From an uncultured beta proteobacterium (GTDB lineage Bacteria; Pseudomonadota; Gammaproteobacteria; Burkholderiales; SG8-39): a stretch of DNA of 64,000 nucleotides. The notes under the pieces were generated by a model that saw nothing but the letters and a program-made list of their open reading frames with translations, did not search any database and was not told the DNA's origin. Below are positions 59,329-64,000 of this stretch, piece after piece. The position numbers and the translations under genes are program-made. The stretch is from NCBI GenBank assembly GCA_963832685.1, contig CAWHUZ010000008.1, forward strand, positions 129,638-193,637, given 5' to 3'. Numbering within the stretch: the first letter of the stretch is position 1; each line of letters begins with the position of its first letter.

Positions 59329-60657
59329 TCAAAAATCGAAACGGATCGAGACCGTGCCCACCGTGCGGCGGAAGCGGTAAAGGTCGATATTCGACTCGTT
59401 GTCCGTATGCGTGGCTTGCAAGATGAGCGTCGTTCCCGCGCGCATCAGATAGCTGGCCCCGAGGCGCACGTCGGTCTGCTTGTCTTTGCGCGTGACGAGG
59501 AAGATCGGCTCGGGACCGCCGTAACGGCGCTCCTCGTAGTTGACCCCCCCGAACACGGTCCAGCCTTGCGCCGGTTTGATCTGCCCGCCAATGCGCAGGC
59601 CGGCCGGCTTGTGCCCCAGGTGCGGCACTCCATCGGCGAGCTCGGACTCCTCGCCGCCGTAGACGCTGAGAAAGAGCACTGGCGAGAGCCCGCCCGAGAA
59701 CGCCTGCGCCCAGGCAGCGCCGACGATGCCGCGGTTGGCGTCGCGGATCTGCTGAGTGGGATAGCGCAGCTGGGCGTACTGCACATAGCCGGTAAGCTGG
59801 CGCCGCTCGTCGAGGTTGTGCTGCCATTGCGCGATCAGGCCGCGCGAATCGCGGTAGCGGGAATTGTCCAGTTCGAAACTCTGCATCTGAGCCGCGAGGG
59901 TCAGCGCGTCGGTGTCCACTGCCCAGCGCGCGCCGAGGTTGCCTTCGATCGTGTCGGTATCGAACTGGTCCTCGTTGCGGTTGAATTTTCCGTTGCCCGC
60001 GACGCTTCCGACCACGGCCCAGCGATCGCCCAGCTTGCGGGTGAAGTTGATTCCGCCCGCCACGCTGGCGAAGCTGTCGCTCTTGCTCGTCGCCGCAGAG
60101 TTCAAGGTCGCAATCAGCCCGCCGAAAGCGGGCAGGGCGATCTGCGAATTGGCGGTCGCGCTGTTCACGTTGCTGTCCGAGCCCAACCCCAGCTCGACGT
60201 AACCCTGAACCTGGGTCGTTTCCGCTGCCGTGATCGCCGACAGGTAGCGGTCGATCGTGGCCCTTGCCTCGGCCGGAATCGGCTGGCGCTTGACGTTCTC
60301 GAACTCGCGCCGCGCGGTGTCCTTCTCGCCGACGAACAAGTAGGCGCGCGCGATCTCCGCGCGCGCAAGCGCATTATCGGGCTGCACCGCGAGCACCCTC
60401 TCGAGCGCGAACACCGCCCGCTCTCCGTGGCCGGAATCGAGCGCCGCGATCCCCAGCAGGTAGTCGAATTCTGGATCGCCGGCGCGCTGGGCCTCGAGCG
60501 GCAGCAGCAGCTCGTAGGCCTGCGACGGCTGCTTTTGGGCGAGCAATTGCTTGGCTCGATCGAGCGCCTGGTCGGCGAGCGCAGTCAGGCTCAGGGCGGC
60601 CATCGCCAGCCCGAGGATTAAAGAAATCCGAGCGGCGGCGCGCGGTATCCCTATCAT
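59329..60657 (-). CDS. outer-membrane TPR + beta-barrel protein, Slam (surface lipoprotein assembly modulator / DUF560)-like
   Basis: Signal peptide, N-terminal TPRs (about residues 30-130), then GYVELGLGSDSNVNSA and about 290 aa of amphipathic beta strands ending NESNIDLYRFRRTVGTVSIRFDF (terminal Phe). Purine-rich SD upstream of ATG 60657. Confidence 0.55.
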   Translation of the reverse strand: MIGIPRAAARISLILGLAMAALSLTALADQALDRAKQLLAQKQPSQAYELLLPLEAQRAGDPEFDYLLGIAALDSGHGERAVFALERVLAVQPDNALARAEIARAYLFVGEKDTARREFENVKRQPIPAEARATIDRYLSAITAAETTQVQGYVELGLGSDSNVNSATANSQIALPAFGGLIATLNSAATSKSDSFASVAGGINFTRKLGDRWAVVGSVAGNGKFNRNEDQFDTDTIEGNLGARWAVDTDALTLAAQMQSFELDNSRYRDSRGLIAQWQHNLDERRQLTGYVQYAQLRYPTQQIRDANRGIVGAAWAQAFSGGLSPVLFLSVYGGEESELADGVPHLGHKPAGLRIGGQIKPAQGWTVFGGVNYEERRYGGPEPIFLVTRKDKQTDVRLGASYLMRAGTTLILQATHTDNESNIDLYRFRRTVGTVSIRFDF

Positions 60658-60721
60658 CTTCCCACCCCCCTTTGCGAGACGGGAACGAGTCTAACACCAG
60701 AGGAAATACGGGGCGGCCGAG

Positions 60722-61915
60722 TCAGCCCGCGAGCTCGGCGATGCGCGCCGCGATGCGCGCACTGACGGCCTCCGGGTCGTCGCCGGCGTAGCGGTCCGCA
60801 AATGCCTGCGCACGGCGCCGCGGGGCCGGGTCCTTTATCGCTGCGTCCAGCGCGGCGCGCAGGCGCACGGAATCCGGCGGGCCGTCGCCGGGCGTGACCG
60901 CGACGCCGAGGTCGAACGCGTTGCGCGCCGTCACCGCCTGCTCGGCGTGGGCGGGCAGCAGGACCATGGGTTTGCCCGCGCGCAACACCATGGCGACAGA
61001 GCCGTGGCCCGCCGCGAGCAGCGCCGCGTCGCATTGCGCCGCCGCGGTCGCGATGTCGAGCGGCGCTGCGGCGAAGGAAAAGCGCGCCGCGGGGCGGCGG
61101 TCGCGCTCGAGTTGTGAAATACCGGGCGCGTAGACAAGCGCGCGCAGCCCGAGCGCGTCGATCGCGTCGAGGGCGGCGGGCAGCCATGCGTGCATCCCAT
61201 CGAGGTAAACCAGTACGCGCGCCGCGTCGCCGGCCGGCCAGTCGGCGCGCGAATCCCGCCGCAGGGAATCGGCGAGCACGCCCCAGTAGCGCGCCTCGGG
61301 GCGTGCGCGGTAGTGGTCAAGCTCCGGCACGGTGGTCAGGAACTGCTCGTTCACCCGGAACAGGTCTGCAAGGCGTTGCAACGGAGCGTCCCCCAGCGCG
61401 CCGAGCACCGCATTCGCGTTCGCCAGCACGCGTGCTTCGGCGTCGGCCAGACGCGCCTCGAGGCCGGCCGCGCGAGGGAAGAAACTGGGCATGGGCGAGA
61501 GCGCCGGCGGGATGAAGAATCCGGTCCCGATGGTCGCAACACGCACGTCCCTGCCGCGCGCCGCTAGCATCGCGCCGGGCGCGTAATCCGCCACCAAGAC
61601 GCGCGGCGTCAACTGCTCGATCAGGCTGCGCCATCCGCGCACGATGCCCTCGAGATATCCGGGCTCCAGGTAGCCGTTGCGCAGCAGCAGATCGGGGTAG
61701 CTGACCGGCGGTTCCGGCAGGCCGCGCGTCTGGTGCAGCCAGGTCGGTGCCTGCCAGAGGGTGAACTCGGCGGGAGAAAAGGCCTCGTGGACACGCGCCA
61801 GGTCGCGCACCGCCCACGCCACGTCGATGCCCTGCGCCGCGAGCTTGCGCGCGACCGGGAGAAAGCGCGCGAGATGCCCGAGTCCGCCGCCGTATTCCCA
61901 GCAAAAGAGAATCAT
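60722..61915 (-). CDS. GT1-family (MGT/UDP-glycosyltransferase-like, GT-B fold) glycosyltransferase
   Basis: N-terminus EYGGGLGHLARFLPVARKL and C-terminal nucleotide-sugar motif GHGSVAMVLRAGKPMVLLPAHAEQ, typical of GT1/GT28-C enzymes. No signal peptide. The ATG is 19 nt after the dnaJ stop. Confidence 0.65.
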   Translation of the reverse strand: MILFCWEYGGGLGHLARFLPVARKLAAQGIDVAWAVRDLARVHEAFSPAEFTLWQAPTWLHQTRGLPEPPVSYPDLLLRNGYLEPGYLEGIVRGWRSLIEQLTPRVLVADYAPGAMLAARGRDVRVATIGTGFFIPPALSPMPSFFPRAAGLEARLADAEARVLANANAVLGALGDAPLQRLADLFRVNEQFLTTVPELDHYRARPEARYWGVLADSLRRDSRADWPAGDAARVLVYLDGMHAWLPAALDAIDALGLRALVYAPGISQLERDRRPAARFSFAAAPLDIATAAAQCDAALLAAGHGSVAMVLRAGKPMVLLPAHAEQAVTARNAFDLGVAVTPGDGPPDSVRLRAALDAAIKDPAPRRRAQAFADRYAGDDPEAVSARIAARIAELAG

Positions 61916-61934
61916 CTGGCAGCGGTCGGCATTT

Positions 61935-63044
61935 TTAGCCTTCGAAGAACTCCTTCACCTTCTCCAGCCAGGACTTGCTGCGGGGATTGTGGCGCGCCGA
62001 ATCTTCCAGGCTGATCGACTCGAACTCGCGCAAGAGCTCTTTTTGACGCTCGGTGAGCTTGACCGGCGTCTCCACCACGACGTGGCAGAACAGGTCTCCG
62101 GCCGTGCGGCTGCGCACGCCGACGATGCCTTTGCCGCGCAGGCGAAACACCTTGCCGCTCTGCGTTTCCGAGGGGACCTTAATCCGGGCGGACCCGTCGA
62201 GCGTGGGAATCTCGATCTCGCCCCCGAGTGCCGCGGCGGCGAACGAGACCGGCATCTCGCAGTGCAGGTCGTCGTGATCGCGCTGGAACACCGGGTGCTG
62301 CTTGATCTGGACCTGGACGTAAAGGTCGCCCGCCGGACCGCCGTTCACGCCGGGCTCGCCTTCGCCCGACAGGCGCACGCGGTCGCCTTCGTCGACGCCT
62401 GCCGGGATCTTCACCGACAGGGTTTTCTGCAGCTTGACGCGGCCCGAACCGCCGCAGGTGCCGCAGGGATGCGGAATGATCTTGCCGCTGCCGTGGCAGC
62501 GCGGGCAGGTCTGCGCGATCGAGAACGGGCCCTGCGAGATGCGAACCTGGCCCGCGCCGTGGCAGGTGGGGCAGGTCTGGGCCTGGGTGCCCTTGCGCGC
62601 GCCGCTGCCGCCGCAGGTTTCGCACTCGGCAACGCCGGGAATGCGGATCTTGGTCTCGAACCCGTGCGCCGCCTGCTCGAGCGTGATCTGCAGGTTGTAG
62701 CGCAGGTCCGCGCCGCGGTACACGGTGGAGCGCCCGCCGCGCTGGCCGCCGAAGATCTCGCCGAAGATATCGCTGAAGATGTCGCCGAATCCGGCTGGGC
62801 CGCCCGCGCCGCCCTGCGGATGAACGCCCGCGTGCCCGAACTGGTCGTAGGCGGCGCGCTTCTCGGCGCTGGTCAGGATCTCGTAGGCCTCGTTGGCTTC
62901 CTTGAAGTGTTCCTCGGCCTTCGGATTGTCCGGATTTCTGTCCGGGTGCCACTTCATGGCGAGCCTGCGGTAGGCCTTCTTGATCTCTTCTTCGCTTGCG
63001 TCGCGGTTGACGCCGAGGACTTCGTAGTAGTCGCGTTTCGCCAT
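61935..63044 (-). CDS. dnaJ: molecular chaperone DnaJ
   Basis: J domain with HPD (KWHPDRN), a G/F region and four CxxCxGxG zinc-finger repeats. Confidence 0.95.
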   Translation of the reverse strand: MAKRDYYEVLGVNRDASEEEIKKAYRRLAMKWHPDRNPDNPKAEEHFKEANEAYEILTSAEKRAAYDQFGHAGVHPQGGAGGPAGFGDIFSDIFGEIFGGQRGGRSTVYRGADLRYNLQITLEQAAHGFETKIRIPGVAECETCGGSGARKGTQAQTCPTCHGAGQVRISQGPFSIAQTCPRCHGSGKIIPHPCGTCGGSGRVKLQKTLSVKIPAGVDEGDRVRLSGEGEPGVNGGPAGDLYVQVQIKQHPVFQRDHDDLHCEMPVSFAAAALGGEIEIPTLDGSARIKVPSETQSGKVFRLRGKGIVGVRSRTAGDLFCHVVVETPVKLTERQKELLREFESISLEDSARHNPRSKSWLEKVKEFFEG

Positions 63045-63115
63045 TTCCCTTCCCAGACGCCGAACGGGCGGCAGGCTTGCGCCGCCGCCCGTCTGCGCTT
63101 AACCGCGGCCGATGC

Positions 63116-64000
63116 TCAGCCGGCCTTCTTGTCCTTGACTTCGGTGAACTCCGCGTCGACGACGTTGCTGTCGTCCTTCTTCTCGCCTTGCGCCTGCTCG
63201 CCGCCCGCTTCCGCTGCGCCCTGCGCCGCCTGCGCGTCGGCATACATCTTCTCGCCGAGCTTCTGCGACGCCTGTGCCAGCGCCTGCGACTTGGCCTCGA
63301 TCTGCGTCTTGTCGCCTGACTTGACCGCTTCCTCGGCTTCCTTCAGCGCGGCTTCGATCTTTTCCTTCTCGCCGCCGTCGAGCTTGTCGCCGTAGTCGGC
63401 GAGCGATTTCTTGACCGAGTGTACCAGCGCCTCGCACTGGTTGCGCGCGTTGACGAGCTCGAGCGCCTTCTTGTCTTCCTCGGCGTGCACTTCGGCGTCC
63501 TTCACCATGCGCTGGATCTCGTCTTCGTTCAGCCCGGAGCTGGCCTGGATCTTGATCTTGGCTTCCTTACCGGTCGCCTTGTCCTTGGCCGAGACGTGCA
63601 GGATGCCGTTGGCGTCGATGTCGAAGGTGACCTCGATCTGCGGCAAGCCGCGCGGCGCGGGCGCAATGTCGGTCAGGTTGAACTGGCCCAGGCTCTTGTT
63701 GCCCGAAGCGACGTCGCGTTCGCCCTGAAGCACGTGGATCGTGACCGCGGTCTGATTGTCGTCCGCAGTCGAGAACACCTGGTTCGCCTTGGTCGGAACC
63801 GTGGTGTTCTTGTTGATCAGCTTGGTCATCACGCCACCGAGCGTCTCGATGCCGAGCGACAGCGGAGTGACGTCGAGCAGCAAAACATCCTTGACGTCGC
63901 CCTTGAGCACGCCGGCCTGGATCGCGGCGCCGACCGCGACCGCCTCGTCGGGGTTGACGTCCTTCCTCGGCTCCTTGCCGAAGAATTCGCGTACCTTGTC
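63116..64000 (-). CDS. dnaK: molecular chaperone DnaK (C-terminal part; gene continues beyond the window edge)
   Basis: The open frame runs to position 64000 and reads ...[24 protein letters not shown]...[18 protein letters not shown]...[15 protein letters not shown]...VVDAEFTEV. Confidence 0.95.
   Translation of the reverse strand, partial: DKVREFFGKEPRKDVNPDEAVAVGAAIQAGVLKGDVKDVLLLDVTPLSLGIETLGGVMTKLINKNTTVPTKANQVFSTADDNQTAVTIHVLQGERDVASGNKSLGQFNLTDIAPAPRGLPQIEVTFDIDANGILHVSAKDKATGKEAKIKIQASSGLNEDEIQRMVKDAEVHAEEDKKALELVNARNQCEALVHSVKKSLADYGDKLDGGEKEKIEAALKEAEEAVKSGDKTQIEAKSQALAQASQKLGEKMYADAQAAQGAAEAGGEQAQGEKKDDSNVVDAEFTEVKDKKAG

Noticed and set aside
63059-63090. GC-rich hairpin (ACGGGCGGC...GCCGCCCGT) between dnaK and dnaJ
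   Set aside because: No U-run follows on the transcribed (minus) strand, so I cannot call it a terminator. It may be an mRNA-processing or stability element, but the evidence is insufficient.
61761-63395. 544-aa plus-strand ORF and the 354-aa minus-strand ORF at 62179-63243
   Set aside because: Both overlap dnaJ and dnaK in other frames or on the other strand. The dnaJ frame is fixed by the HPD and CxxCxGxG motifs.
1-64000. Search for tRNA, rRNA, tmRNA, CRISPR repeats, IS inverted repeats, integrase or transposase genes, and phage genes
   Set aside because: None recognised. All spacers longer than 100 nt were read on both strands. No cloverleaf-like sequences, no regularly spaced direct repeats, and no transposase or integrase-like ORFs were seen.

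Overview
This is a GC-rich proteobacterial chromosomal segment with beta/gamma-proteobacterial style synteny and about 60 protein genes. I saw no rRNA, tRNA, CRISPR array, IS element or prophage. From about 19.4 to 54.5 kb it is mostly conserved housekeeping synteny: accA-tilS; ndk-rlmN-pilW-rodZ-ispG-hisS-yfgM-bamB-der; leuCDB-asd-fimV-truA-trpFBA-accD-folC-dedD-cvpA-purF-metZ; lpxH-ppiA; cysS. dnaJ and a partial dnaK lie at the right edge. Many of these genes are joined by 1-4 nt start/stop overlaps. Three accessory regions stand out. (1) At 0.07-5.7 kb on the minus strand, six consecutive genes carry nine CXXCH haem motifs. They comprise an SHP(DUF1924)/dihaem-cytochrome/cytochrome-b type operon in which cytochrome b is fused to a dihaem domain, and, after an intrinsic terminator, a unit encoding a lipoprotein-anchored RidA-domain protein, a monohaem cytochrome c and a Cyc2-like fused monohaem cytochrome-porin. 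(2) At 9.7-13.2 kb on the plus strand there is a DsrE-like/TusA/SQR-like flavoprotein/DUF1641 sulfur-trafficking module, followed by an FTR1 iron permease preceded by a Fur-box-like site. (3) At 55.8-61.9 kb on the minus strand, directly downstream of dnaKJ, a GT1-like glycosyltransferase, a TPR+beta-barrel outer-membrane protein (Slam/DUF560-like), a secreted FecR-domain protein with a TbpB-like C-terminal barrel, and a TPR-GT41 (OGT-like) glycosyltransferase form an apparent operon. I consider this third region the best candidate for an undescribed secretion/modification system. A candidate SAM-II-like leader plus attenuator lies upstream of metZ. All functional calls rest on motif and family recognition by eye from the translated ORFs; no database search was run.
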